From the NCBI GenBank assembly GCA_049976465.1, contig JBMFIE010000001.1, positions 1 to 59,207 on the forward strand: a stretch of 59,207 nt of DNA. Direction: 5' to 3'. Position numbers and translations under genes: made by a program. This DNA is from Thiomonas sp. GTDB lineage: Bacteria; Pseudomonadota; Gammaproteobacteria; Burkholderiales; Burkholderiaceae_C. Of this stretch, positions 41,414-50,194 are shown one piece after another. Positions within the stretch are counted from its first letter, which is position 1. Each line of letters opens with the position of its first letter. Below the pieces are notes generated by a model. That model made no database searches. It was not told the origin of the DNA and saw nothing but the letters and a program-made list of their open reading frames with translations.

Positions 41414-41887
41414 TCAGCCGCCGCAGCCGCCGAGCGTGACCTTGATTTCTTTTTTGCTGAACAGCAGCTTGTCGCCGACCTTGGCCACGGCGTAGACATT
41501 GGAGGTCTGCGCCATTTTCACGCGGGTGGCCACGTTGGGCACCGTCGCATCGGTCAGGTTGAACACGCCGACCAGCACGGTCGGGTTCTTTTCGACGATG
41601 ATGCCCAGCGCGGTCGCACCGGCCGCGGCGCTCTTGATGCCCACGGGAACGACCGCGCCGTTTTCAGCGATGTCCGGACCGATGATCGACACATCGGTGC
41701 TCTCGGTGGGCGTGCCGCCCCAGATTTTTGCCGCGTCGGCAAACGATTTGGCCTCGAACAGCGGGGCATTCCAGCCCGGGGCATCAGCGGCCAAGGCGCG
41801 CTGCGGCATCAGACCTGCCGATGCGGCAGCGCCCAGCGCGGCCACGCCTGCGCCGATTTGCATGGCTTGGCGACGGGTTGTTTTCAT
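41414..41887 (-). CDS. soxY: Sulfur carrier protein SoxY
   Basis: Tat signal TRRQAM, PDIAENGAVVP, C-terminal KVTLGGCGG swinging arm. Confidence 0.96.
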   Translation of the reverse strand: MKTTRRQAMQIGAGVAALGAAASAGLMPQRALAADAPGWNAPLFEAKSFADAAKIWGGTPTESTDVSIIGPDIAENGAVVPVGIKSAAAGATALGIIVEKNPTVLVGVFNLTDATVPNVATRVKMAQTSNVYAVAKVGDKLLFSKKEIKVTLGGCGG

Positions 41888-42029
41888 GAAACATTCTCCT
41901 CAATGAAAGGGGCGCGGCATCCCGGGGCGGGACGCCATGCGATAACGACAACGAGTGTTGTCAGGACGGACGGCACGTGCGCACCGGGGTGCGTCCATGC
42001 CGCATCGGGGGCGATGGGCACAGCCGGTT

Positions 42030-43313
42030 TCACAGCAGGCCCACCAGCAGCCAGAAGTTGATGGTGACGATGACCGCGGCACACAGCCACCCGGCGATCT
42101 GCACCGCGCGCGTGTTGACCAGCGCGCCCATCCTGTCCCGCCGCGCGGTGAACAGCAGCAGCGGCAGCAATGCAAACGGAATGGCAAACGACAGCACGAC
42201 CTGGGAGAACACGAGTGCCCGGGTCGGATCGATACCCAGCAGGATGACCGCAACCGCCGGCAGGGCGGTGAACAGGCGGCGCACCCAGAGCGGAATGCAA
42301 AAGCCAACAAAGCCCTGCATCACCACCTGTCCAGCCATCGTGCCGACCACGCTGGACGACAGCCCGCTGGCCAGCAGCGCGACCGCAAACGCGGTGGCAG
42401 CTGCCGGCCCGAGCAAGGGGGTGAGCGCCTGCCAGGCATGCGTCAGGTCGCCGCTGGCTGCAGCCGCGTCGCGGCCATGGAAGGTCGCCGCGGCGCAGGC
42501 CAGCATCGCCATGTTGAGCAGTCCGGCCAGCCCCATCGCAACCACGACCTCGCGCCGGGTTGCGGCCATCAGCCGGGGCTTGACCGCATCGGCTACCTGC
42601 AGCCGCCGCTGGGTCAGGCCGGAATGCAGATAGATGACATGCGGCATGACGGTTGCGCCCAGAATGCCAGCGGCAAGATAGGCCGCGTCGCCGTCGCCGA
42701 GCTGCGGCCACAGGGCGCCGTGCGCGGCAGCCCGCCAGTCGATCGGGCTGAGCAACAGCTCGACGCCGTAAGCCGCAGTGATTACCGCCAGCAGCGCGCC
42801 GACTGCCATTTCCAGCGGCCGAAATCCGCGCTGCTCCAGACCGAGCAGTGCGAACACCGCCACCAGGGTGAGCAGCGCGGCAGCGGGCATCGAAAAGCCG
42901 CCGAGCAGATGAAAGCCCAGCGCGGCGCCGAGAAATTCGGCCAGATCCGTGAAGATGGCCACCAGCTCGGCCTGCACCCAGTACAGCGCAACCACCGGGC
43001 GCGGCCAGTGGGCGCGGATCAGCTCGGGCAGATTGCGCCCGGTGGCGATCCCCAGCTTGGCCGACAGGGTCTGGATGAGCATGGCCATCGCATTGGCCAG
43101 CACCACCACCCACAGCAGCGCATAGCCGTGTGTGGCCCCCGCCTGCAGATTGGTGGCGAAATTGCCCGGATCGACATAGGCCACCGAGGCCATCAGCGCC
43201 GGGCCGAAAAAAGCCAGCATTCCCCGCAGCCGCTTGCCCGGCGCGTGCAGCGCGGCCAGCGCGGCAGTGCGGGTGCGCTCGTCCAGGCTCAGCGCGGCGG
43301 CGGGGGTTTGCAT
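42030..43313 (-). CDS. mntH: Nramp family divalent metal (Mn2+) transporter
   Basis: AYVDPGN and ATVMPH.IYLHS Nramp signatures. Confidence 0.92.
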   Translation of the reverse strand: MQTPAAALSLDERTRTAALAALHAPGKRLRGMLAFFGPALMASVAYVDPGNFATNLQAGATHGYALLWVVVLANAMAMLIQTLSAKLGIATGRNLPELIRAHWPRPVVALYWVQAELVAIFTDLAEFLGAALGFHLLGGFSMPAAALLTLVAVFALLGLEQRGFRPLEMAVGALLAVITAAYGVELLLSPIDWRAAAHGALWPQLGDGDAAYLAAGILGATVMPHVIYLHSGLTQRRLQVADAVKPRLMAATRREVVVAMGLAGLLNMAMLACAAATFHGRDAAAASGDLTHAWQALTPLLGPAAATAFAVALLASGLSSSVVGTMAGQVVMQGFVGFCIPLWVRRLFTALPAVAVILLGIDPTRALVFSQVVLSFAIPFALLPLLLFTARRDRMGALVNTRAVQIAGWLCAAVIVTINFWLLVGLL

Positions 43314-43326
43314 GATGCGGGAGCGA

Positions 43327-44391
43327 TCAGAAGTTGTTCTGCTCGGCCTCGAGATACGCCAGGCTGGTCCACTTGGCCACGCTGTTTTCGAAGTCGGGCG
43401 TGTGCTTGGCGTACTCGATCATGAACGGCGTGGCCTTGATGCGCTTGAGCGCGATGCCCACGCCGTTGGGGTCGTCGTTGGTTTCCTTGATCACCGCCAC
43501 CGAGGTGTCGTAGAGGGTGTGGAACAACTCGATTTCCTCCGCCAGCAGGCTGTTGCGCCACTGGCCATGGCCTGGGATGAAGGTGCGGTCGCCGAAATTG
43601 CTCTTGATTTTGTCGAGCACCTTCATGCCTTCGAGGAAGCTGCCTTCGTCGTCGCCCATGCCGGCCATGCGGTGACCCATCAGCACATCGCCGACATGCA
43701 TGTACGGTGTGCCGTTGAACTCGACCAGCAGGTCGTACGGGGTGTGGCATTTGCCGTAGTGGTGGATGTTGAGCTTGGTGTCGCCAAAGTCGAGCACGTC
43801 GCCGTCCTTGATGAAGCTGTTGGGCGGGGTGATGACCGTGCCGCGTGTGGCGTTGTCGGTGGTCTTGAGCGCCATCTGGATCCACTGCTCGCCCAGCACG
43901 TTCTTGATCGCCTCGGCAGACTCCTTCATCGAATACATCGGGATGCCCGGGAACTGCTCGGCGAACGCCTGGTTGCCCATCCAATGGTCGCCGTGGTAGT
44001 GGGTGTTGATCACCGCAATCACCGGCTTGGGCGTGACGGTCTTGATCATGCGGATGGCCATGCGGCCGATTTCGACCGAGGCGCTGGGGTCGAGCACCAC
44101 CACCCCCTTACTCGTGACGATGAAGGTGATGTTGGTGAAAAAGCCCAGGTTCTGCGGCGTGGGGAATTTGTCGCGCGCCTTGATGACGTAGAGCTTGTCG
44201 GTGAGCTTGGTGGGCTTGACATCGGGCACGCGCGGGCCCATGAGCGCCTTGCCCGCGGTGTCGGCGGCAACGGCCTGCTTGAGAAACTCGGGCGTGAGCG
44301 CCGACAGCGCGGTGACACCGAGCAGACGTTTGAGAATGTCGCGCCGCACGTTGTCGGTGGGCGACAGATCGGAATGGTCGAAATCGAGCAT
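43327..44391 (-). CDS. Tat-exported metallo-beta-lactamase-fold protein (SoxH-like), copy 2
   Basis: VRRDILK Tat motif, THYHGDHW, HTPYD, GD, IPGHG. Confidence 0.85.
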   Translation of the reverse strand: MLDFDHSDLSPTDNVRRDILKRLLGVTALSALTPEFLKQAVAADTAGKALMGPRVPDVKPTKLTDKLYVIKARDKFPTPQNLGFFTNITFIVTSKGVVVLDPSASVEIGRMAIRMIKTVTPKPVIAVINTHYHGDHWMGNQAFAEQFPGIPMYSMKESAEAIKNVLGEQWIQMALKTTDNATRGTVITPPNSFIKDGDVLDFGDTKLNIHHYGKCHTPYDLLVEFNGTPYMHVGDVLMGHRMAGMGDDEGSFLEGMKVLDKIKSNFGDRTFIPGHGQWRNSLLAEEIELFHTLYDTSVAVIKETNDDPNGVGIALKRIKATPFMIEYAKHTPDFENSVAKWTSLAYLEAEQNNF

Positions 44392-44485
44392 GGGAAGGCT
44401 CCTGGGACAAAGAAAGGGAGGTGCACGAGGAGGTCGGCACGGAAAGCGGACGCTTGCTGGCGCCCGAAGGGCGAATCCAGGGAGA

Positions 44486-44935
44486 TCAGGGGCTGATGTA
44501 GGCGTAGCCCTCGCGGTTTTGCAGCCGCGCGGCCTCGACTACGCCCGAGGGCACGAAGCCGGCGTCCATCAACACCTTGTCCTTGCTGATATTGCGCGCC
44601 TTCAGGGTGTTTTCGCAGACCAGGAACTTCACTCCTTGGCTGGCGAAGTCGCCCACATTGCCGGCGAATTCGGCGCCGCTCTTGGTCTTGGCGCCGTTGA
44701 GCAGGAAGTCGATGCCGCTGCCGTTGGCTACCACGACCAGGGTCACCCCCGGCTCGCCGGCCAGATGGTTGCGCACGAAATCCAGGCAGCGCTCGGGCTG
44801 CCCGTCCATGCGGGTGACGTGGTAGACCACCTTGGCCTTGGCGTCTTTGTCGGCGGCGCGGGCGCGGCCCGTGAGCGCGAGCAGCCCGGCGCCGAGCCCG
44901 GCGAACAGCGCGTTGCGGCGTGTGGAAGCTTGCAT
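44486..44935 (-). CDS. Tat-exported DsrE/F-like protein
   Basis: TRRNALF Tat motif, KVVYH, FLVCENTL, VPSGVVE..RLQ..GYAYI.P; GAGGAG RBS. Confidence 0.85.
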   Translation of the reverse strand: MQASTRRNALFAGLGAGLLALTGRARAADKDAKAKVVYHVTRMDGQPERCLDFVRNHLAGEPGVTLVVVANGSGIDFLLNGAKTKSGAEFAGNVGDFASQGVKFLVCENTLKARNISKDKVLMDAGFVPSGVVEAARLQNREGYAYISP

Positions 44936-44984
44936 GAATGTCTCCTCTGAGGGTCTTGTGAAGGAAGGTGCAGGTAAAAAGGCA

Positions 44985-46019
44985 TCAGGACCCCTGCTGC
45001 TCGGCTTCGAGATAGGCGAGGGAAGCGAACTTGCCGATGTTCTTGTCAAAGCCTGCGGTGGTCTTGGCGTTTTTCGCAACGCGCGGATCGGCCAGCACAT
45101 AGTCCTTGGCCACGCTCGGCCCGGCCATTTCGCGCGCGGCCTTGAGCGCGCCGTCATAAATGCCCTGAAAGATTTCGCGGTTCCACGCGAGGATGTCCGG
45201 GCTGGCTGTGCCATGTCCGGGCAGCCACATCCTGGCGCCGGTGGCCTTTTCCAGCTGGTCGTAATACGCCAGGGTGCCGAGGAAGGAGCCGTCCTCCATA
45301 TTGGCGATGCGGTGGTTCATCATGATGTCGCCCGCGCACACGGCCTTGTCCTGCACGATCTCGATGCATAGATCGTCCGGGGTGTGCGCCTTGCCGTAGT
45401 GGTGCGCCTTGAGTGTGATGCCGCCGAACTCGAACACGTCGCCGTTGCGCACGTCCAGCGTAGGCGCTACGACCTTGGTGCCGAGCGACGAGTTGTTGGT
45501 CCACTTGAGCATGTTCTCGCGCCACACGTTGCCCTCTACACCGTCAATGACGCGGCGCGTGCCGGGCAGCGCATAGATCGGCAGCTTGGGGCCGAAGGCT
45601 TCAACGTAAGCCTGGTTGCCCAGCCAATGGTCGCCGTGAAAGTGCGAATTGAACACGGCGATCACCGGCTTGTCGGTCACGGTGCGCAGCATGCGCAGGC
45701 ACATCTGCCCAATCTGTAGCGACGAGCCGGTATCGAACACCACCACGCCCTTGGGGGTGACGATGAAATGCGTGTTGCTGAAAAAGCCCTGGTTGTCCGG
45801 CGTGGGAAAGGCGTCTTTGGCAACGATGGACCACACGTGCTCGGACGTCTGCACCGGCTTGACATCGGGCACCTTGGGCCCGAGCGCATAGGCCTGCGCC
45901 GCGGAGGCCAGATCCAGGGCTGCCGGGGCAGTGCCCGCTGCGACGACCGCAGCCGCCGACCAGGCTGCGCGCCGTAGCCAAACGCGACGGGACGAATTGA
46001 AAACAGCGCGCTGCATCAT
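44985..46019 (-). CDS. Tat-exported metallo-beta-lactamase-fold protein (SoxH-like), copy 1
   Basis: SRRVWLR Tat motif, SHFHGDHW, AHTPDD, LPGHG; start overlaps the soxX stop. Confidence 0.85.
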   Translation of the reverse strand: MMQRAVFNSSRRVWLRRAAWSAAAVVAAGTAPAALDLASAAQAYALGPKVPDVKPVQTSEHVWSIVAKDAFPTPDNQGFFSNTHFIVTPKGVVVFDTGSSLQIGQMCLRMLRTVTDKPVIAVFNSHFHGDHWLGNQAYVEAFGPKLPIYALPGTRRVIDGVEGNVWRENMLKWTNNSSLGTKVVAPTLDVRNGDVFEFGGITLKAHHYGKAHTPDDLCIEIVQDKAVCAGDIMMNHRIANMEDGSFLGTLAYYDQLEKATGARMWLPGHGTASPDILAWNREIFQGIYDGALKAAREMAGPSVAKDYVLADPRVAKNAKTTAGFDKNIGKFASLAYLEAEQQGS

Positions 46020-46729
46020 TTGGCCTGCGCCGTCTGGTTGCCGCCGTTGTTCACCGGCGATTGCGGATCGAGCAGGAAGGCGGTGATGTCGGCCACCTGC
46101 TCGGGCGTGAGCAGATGCTTGGGCCCGCCGTAGCGCGGCATCAGCGAGCAGGGGTTGAGCGACTTGGAGTTGTAGATCTTGTCGTAGGTGTACTTGATCA
46201 CCGCCTCGCTGGTGCCGCGTAGCTTGCCGTAGTCGGTCAGCGACGGGCCCATATTGCCGTGCTGCGGGAACTTCGGGTCCATCGCATGGCAGGCATAGCA
46301 GTTGGCGCCGTTGGGGTGGCTGGGGTCGTCGGCGTCCTTGAACCCGGGGTAGCCGATACGCCCGCCGTGCACATCCTCGGCCCACTTGGCGCCGAGCTTC
46401 CAGTCGCCCATGAGCTTGCCGCTCTTGGGGTAGACGATGGATTTGGTTTCGCGCTGGATGATCTCTTGCGCCTGCGCAGCGCTGGGCTGGCTGTCGGTGG
46501 CGTTGCAGATGGCCAGCGTCTTGGAATAAAAGCGATCCCACTCCTGCGGGTTGTTGACGTAAAAGCTCTTGCGGACTGCGTTGGAGAAGTCTTTTTCCGT
46601 GATCTTGGGCAGGCCCTCGATCTTGGGAATGTCCACATGCTGCGCCTCGTCGGCAAGCGCCGGGGCGATACAGGACAGCGGCAGCAGCGCGGCTGCTACG
46701 GCCAGGCGGAGGAAAAGTCGGGTTGTCAT
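46016..46729 (-). CDS. soxX: Sulfur oxidation c-type cytochrome SoxX
   Basis: MGDWKLG, NCYACH, GNMGPSL..YGKLRG, CSLMPR, LLDPQSPVN. Confidence 0.92.
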   Translation of the reverse strand: MTTRLFLRLAVAAALLPLSCIAPALADEAQHVDIPKIEGLPKITEKDFSNAVRKSFYVNNPQEWDRFYSKTLAICNATDSQPSAAQAQEIIQRETKSIVYPKSGKLMGDWKLGAKWAEDVHGGRIGYPGFKDADDPSHPNGANCYACHAMDPKFPQHGNMGPSLTDYGKLRGTSEAVIKYTYDKIYNSKSLNPCSLMPRYGGPKHLLTPEQVADITAFLLDPQSPVNNGGNQTAQAK

Positions 46730-46752
46730 GCTGGGTCGTCCGTCGATGCGGC

Positions 46753-47613
46753 TCAAGCGCGGGGCTTGATGCCGGGAACTTTGATGGGATGGCCGCTCTT
46801 CTTGGCTTCGATGGCCTGGAACAGCGTGAGCGCGGCGTCGATTTCCGAGCCGGTCATCAGCCAGGGCAGGCGCATCGCGAGCAAGCAGCGCTCGTTGCGC
46901 CACCAGAACGTGCGCACATTGCTGTCCTTGAGCACATACGCAGGGAATGCAGCCATTACGCGCCCGGCGGTCTTGGGATCGGTCATCACCGGCAGCTCGA
47001 CGCCGCGGATGGTGCGCCCGGGAACGTTGTGGCAGTCCGCGCACGATAGGTCCATCTTGCCCATGCGCCGGAAAAAGGTGTACTTACCCAGGGCGTAGAC
47101 GTATTTCTCCTGCGGCGTGTTCAGCGGCGGGTTGAACGGCATGCCGTTGGACTGCGCGGCGACGAACGCCGTCAGCCGGGTCAGATCGTCCGGGGTGCCG
47201 TTTTCCTCGTCGGCATTGGTGTAGTGCGGCTTGAGCACCTCCTCCTGGATTTGCTTCGGGGTATAGCCCTGCAGCTTTTCCATGCAGGTCAGCAGGCGAC
47301 CTTCAAGCGTCTGCACCTGGCCGGTGTCCTTGAAGTAGCGCGGCATCTGCGCGTACGCACCCTTGAGCACACCGGGGCCCAGGCCGAAGTCACACTGTTC
47401 CAGTGAGGCGTTTTTCGGCCCGCGCTTTTTGTAGAACAGCGCCTTGCCTTCATCGACCCAGAACTGCCCCGGGTTGTCCTGCTCGAGCATGCTGCGATAG
47501 GCAGCAAATTTCTGGTCATCTGACTCTGTTGCCGCGCCCGGGTGGCTGGCCAGCAGTCCGAGTGTGAGGCCCCCGGCAAGGGCCAGGGCCTTGATTGCCT
47601 TTGATCGTTTCAC
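46753..47613 (-). CDS. soxA: Sulfur oxidation c-type cytochrome SoxA (monoheme type)
   Basis: DNPG, RGPKNASLEQCD.G, single CADCH, RxxxC active-site motif (RNERC). Confidence 0.92.
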   Translation of the reverse strand: MKRSKAIKALALAGGLTLGLLASHPGAATESDDQKFAAYRSMLEQDNPGQFWVDEGKALFYKKRGPKNASLEQCDFGLGPGVLKGAYAQMPRYFKDTGQVQTLEGRLLTCMEKLQGYTPKQIQEEVLKPHYTNADEENGTPDDLTRLTAFVAAQSNGMPFNPPLNTPQEKYVYALGKYTFFRRMGKMDLSCADCHNVPGRTIRGVELPVMTDPKTAGRVMAAFPAYVLKDSNVRTFWWRNERCLLAMRLPWLMTGSEIDAALTLFQAIEAKKSGHPIKVPGIKPRA

Positions 47614-47658
47614 TGCATCCCCTTGAAAAAGCCTGAGAGGTTCCGAAGCGTTTCAGAA

Positions 47659-47676
47659 CATTCGCATAGACGAATG
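47659..47676. promoter_or_regulatory. Candidate SqrR/SoxR-type (ArsR) operator upstream of soxA
   Basis: CATTC-GCATAGAC-GAATG (ATTC-N8-GAAT) in the AT-rich region about 45 nt upstream of soxA. Confidence 0.6.
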
Positions 47677-48160
47677 GAACGATATATTTCAATGAATACA
47701 GCGTCATTCAGGTAAACCCTAGGTCGCCACAAACCGCGTTCAAAAAGTGACAGAAATCAAACTCGTGTCACATTCGCGAGAGCGCGCCAAGCTATTGATT
47801 TTCTGGATATTTTTTGCTGGGCTTGGGGCGTCTTGCGCTGACGGCCTCGTTCCGGCATCGGCCAGCATCCGTCCTGCGGGTTTGTTGGATATATCCCGTG
47901 AGATATTTCTTTAGGGTTGTCGCGCAGCCGCGGCGCTGGACGATGCAGACCAATGCGGGGCGGTCTGCGGCGCGTGTTGGTGGAAACTGCAAGGCGGCGA
48001 TGCCGATTGGCCGAGGCCGCTGCGGTGTGCACTTGTTCACGAATTGCCCGACCAGCTGCAAGGGCGCAGCCGGCAGGCTCTTGCACAACGCTGCCGGGCT
48101 GTAGATGATTCGGGCATGGTTGATGCTTGTACACGATCAACCAGCATGAAGGAGAACGTG

Positions 48161-49120
48161 ATGCTTTGCGTAGCTGCCTACAAGACCGTGTTCGATGTCA
48201 GCGCCGTGGAGCGCAAACTCAACGCGATGGGGCCAGACGCCAACGAAACCCTGCGCAGCACCTACCAGCGCATGCTGGCCACCGGCGGCGAGCGGCTGGC
48301 GATCAAGCCGCAGGACCCGCCGCAGGTCGAGGAGCTCAGCGCCGAACTGCCCAATTTCAGTGCGCCGCTGCGCGACATCCAGCGCAGCGTGGCGCTGTGC
48401 GCCGACAGCCGCGACCCGGTGGAAATCATGCCCATGCTGCTGCTGGGCGATCCGGGCATCGGCAAGACCCATTTCGCCCGCCGCGTCTCGGCCCTGCTGG
48501 GCACGACCTGCGCGGTGGCGCCGATGAATGCGCTGACCGCGGGGTGGATTCTGTCGGGCGCGTCTTCGCAGTGGAAGAACGCCCGCCCCGGCAAGGTGTT
48601 CGATACCCTGGTCGGCGGCGAGTACGCCAACCCGGTGCTGGTGATCGACGAAATCGACAAGGCCGCAGCCAGCGCGCAGTACGATCCGCTGGGTGCGCTC
48701 TACAGCCTGCTCGAAGCGGACACCGCGCGCGCCTTCACCGACGAGTTCGCCGAGGTGCCGATCGACTGCAGCAGCGTGATCTGGATCGCCACGGCCAATG
48801 ATGCCAGCCACATACCCGAGCCGATTCTCAACCGGCTGAATGTGTACGACATCGCCGCACCAGACGCCGAGGGCACGCGGCAGATCGCCACCAATCTCTA
48901 CCGCGAAATCCGCGAGGCCCACGACTGGGGCGCGGCCTTTCCCGAGGAGCCATCAGAGGCGGTGCTCGACGTGCTGCAGCACTGCAAGCCCCGCGAACTG
49001 CGTCGCCTGCTGCTGAGCGCTTTCGGTGCGGCCAAGCTCGACAAGCGCACGACGCTCGCGCCGAAGGATTTCGACTTCGACCGGCTGCGGCGTCAGACCC
49101 GCATCGGCTTTACGCATTGA
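48161..49120 (+). CDS. Stand-alone Lon-like AAA+ ATPase without protease domain
   Basis: GDPGIGKT, VIDEIDK, DP..AL..LLE, F.DEF.E..ID.S, ATAN, ILNR; AAGGAG RBS. Confidence 0.85.
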   Translation: MLCVAAYKTVFDVSAVERKLNAMGPDANETLRSTYQRMLATGGERLAIKPQDPPQVEELSAELPNFSAPLRDIQRSVALCADSRDPVEIMPMLLLGDPGIGKTHFARRVSALLGTTCAVAPMNALTAGWILSGASSQWKNARPGKVFDTLVGGEYANPVLVIDEIDKAAASAQYDPLGALYSLLEADTARAFTDEFAEVPIDCSSVIWIATANDASHIPEPILNRLNVYDIAAPDAEGTRQIATNLYREIREAHDWGAAFPEEPSEAVLDVLQHCKPRELRRLLLSAFGAAKLDKRTTLAPKDFDFDRLRRQTRIGFTH

Positions 49121-49637
49121 GCAGCGGCCCGACCACGCGCTGCAGTCGTGCGCTGGTCCATGCGGGGTGCGGGTCGTCCCAGCCGTTGTCGGCCAGGCGT
49201 CCCGCGCGGTCGATGACAAAGCTCACCGGAATCCGCCAGATGCGCCCATACGCGCCGAACCAGGGGCTTTGCAGCAAGCCCACGGGAAACGACAGGGTCG
49301 CCGCCACCGCGCGCACCTGCGCCAGCCGGTCGGCTCCGTCGAGGCAAAAACCCAGCACCCGCAGCCCTTGCGCCGCGTGCTCCGCGGCGTAGCGCGACAG
49401 CACGGGCAACTCCTGCCGGCAGGGGTCGCACCAGGTCGCCCAGAAGGTGAGGATGACCACCTGCCCGTGCATGTCGGCGGTCGACAGCACCTGTCCGTCC
49501 AGGGTGTGCAGCACCGCCACTGGCGCCGGCTGGCCGACGGCGAGTCCCGCGTGGGCGGGCGGTGCCTGGGCGGCGAGCGCACCGACGCCGAGCAGGCCGG
49601 CCCGCCGCAGCAGCGCGCGTCTGGACAGATTGATCAT
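49110..49637 (-). CDS. TlpA-like thiol:disulfide oxidoreductase
   Basis: SRRALL signal, FWATWCDPCRQELP, IPVSFVID. Confidence 0.88.
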   Translation of the reverse strand: MINLSRRALLRRAGLLGVGALAAQAPPAHAGLAVGQPAPVAVLHTLDGQVLSTADMHGQVVILTFWATWCDPCRQELPVLSRYAAEHAAQGLRVLGFCLDGADRLAQVRAVAATLSFPVGLLQSPWFGAYGRIWRIPVSFVIDRAGRLADNGWDDPHPAWTSARLQRVVGPLLNA

Positions 49638-49648
49638 GGCGCGGCGGG

Positions 49649-50161
49649 TCAGTGCTTCATGCCGTGCATGTGGTCCATGTCCATGCCCTTCATGTCGCCG
49701 GGGCCGGTGGCGGTGGGCTTGCGCACCTCGAACTCGGCGGTCACCGACTGGCCGTCGGAAAACTTCAGCGTGACGGGCACTTTTTGTCCCGGTTCGATGC
49801 CCGGTTTGGGTTGCATCAGCATGATGTGATAGCCGCCCGGGGTGAAGGCCATGCTTTTGTGCGGCGCGATGGCGATGGAATCGACATGCACCATGTTCGA
49901 CATGCCGTTTTTGTTCACCGTCTGGTGCAGCATGACCATGCCGTACTTCGGGCTGGACGCGCCGATCAGCTTGACTTCCTTGTCGGTGTCGTTGGTGACC
50001 TTGGCATAGCCCCCGGCCGGCAGGTTGGACGGCAGCCAGCGGATCCAGGCATCCGTCACCTGAATGCCGCCGGCAAAGGCGGAGCCGAACAGCCCCAGGC
50101 TGAGCACGCCCGCGGCGAGGCCGCGCAGCGCGGTGCGGGAAAGAGAAGAACTTGAACGCAT
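49649..50161 (-). CDS. Copper chaperone PCu(A)C
   Basis: DAWIR, MLH..M..M, PGGYHIMLM, His/Met-rich tail MKGMDMDHMHGMKH. Confidence 0.92.
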   Translation of the reverse strand: MRSSSSLSRTALRGLAAGVLSLGLFGSAFAGGIQVTDAWIRWLPSNLPAGGYAKVTNDTDKEVKLIGASSPKYGMVMLHQTVNKNGMSNMVHVDSIAIAPHKSMAFTPGGYHIMLMQPKPGIEPGQKVPVTLKFSDGQSVTAEFEVRKPTATGPGDMKGMDMDHMHGMKH

Positions 50162-50194
50162 GGTGAACTCCAGTGGAAGACAACGAATGAGAGC

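Noticed and set aside
47757-48140. Short ORFs in the soxA-AAA intergenic region
   Set aside because: No RBS, family motif or typical composition; probably regulatory DNA.
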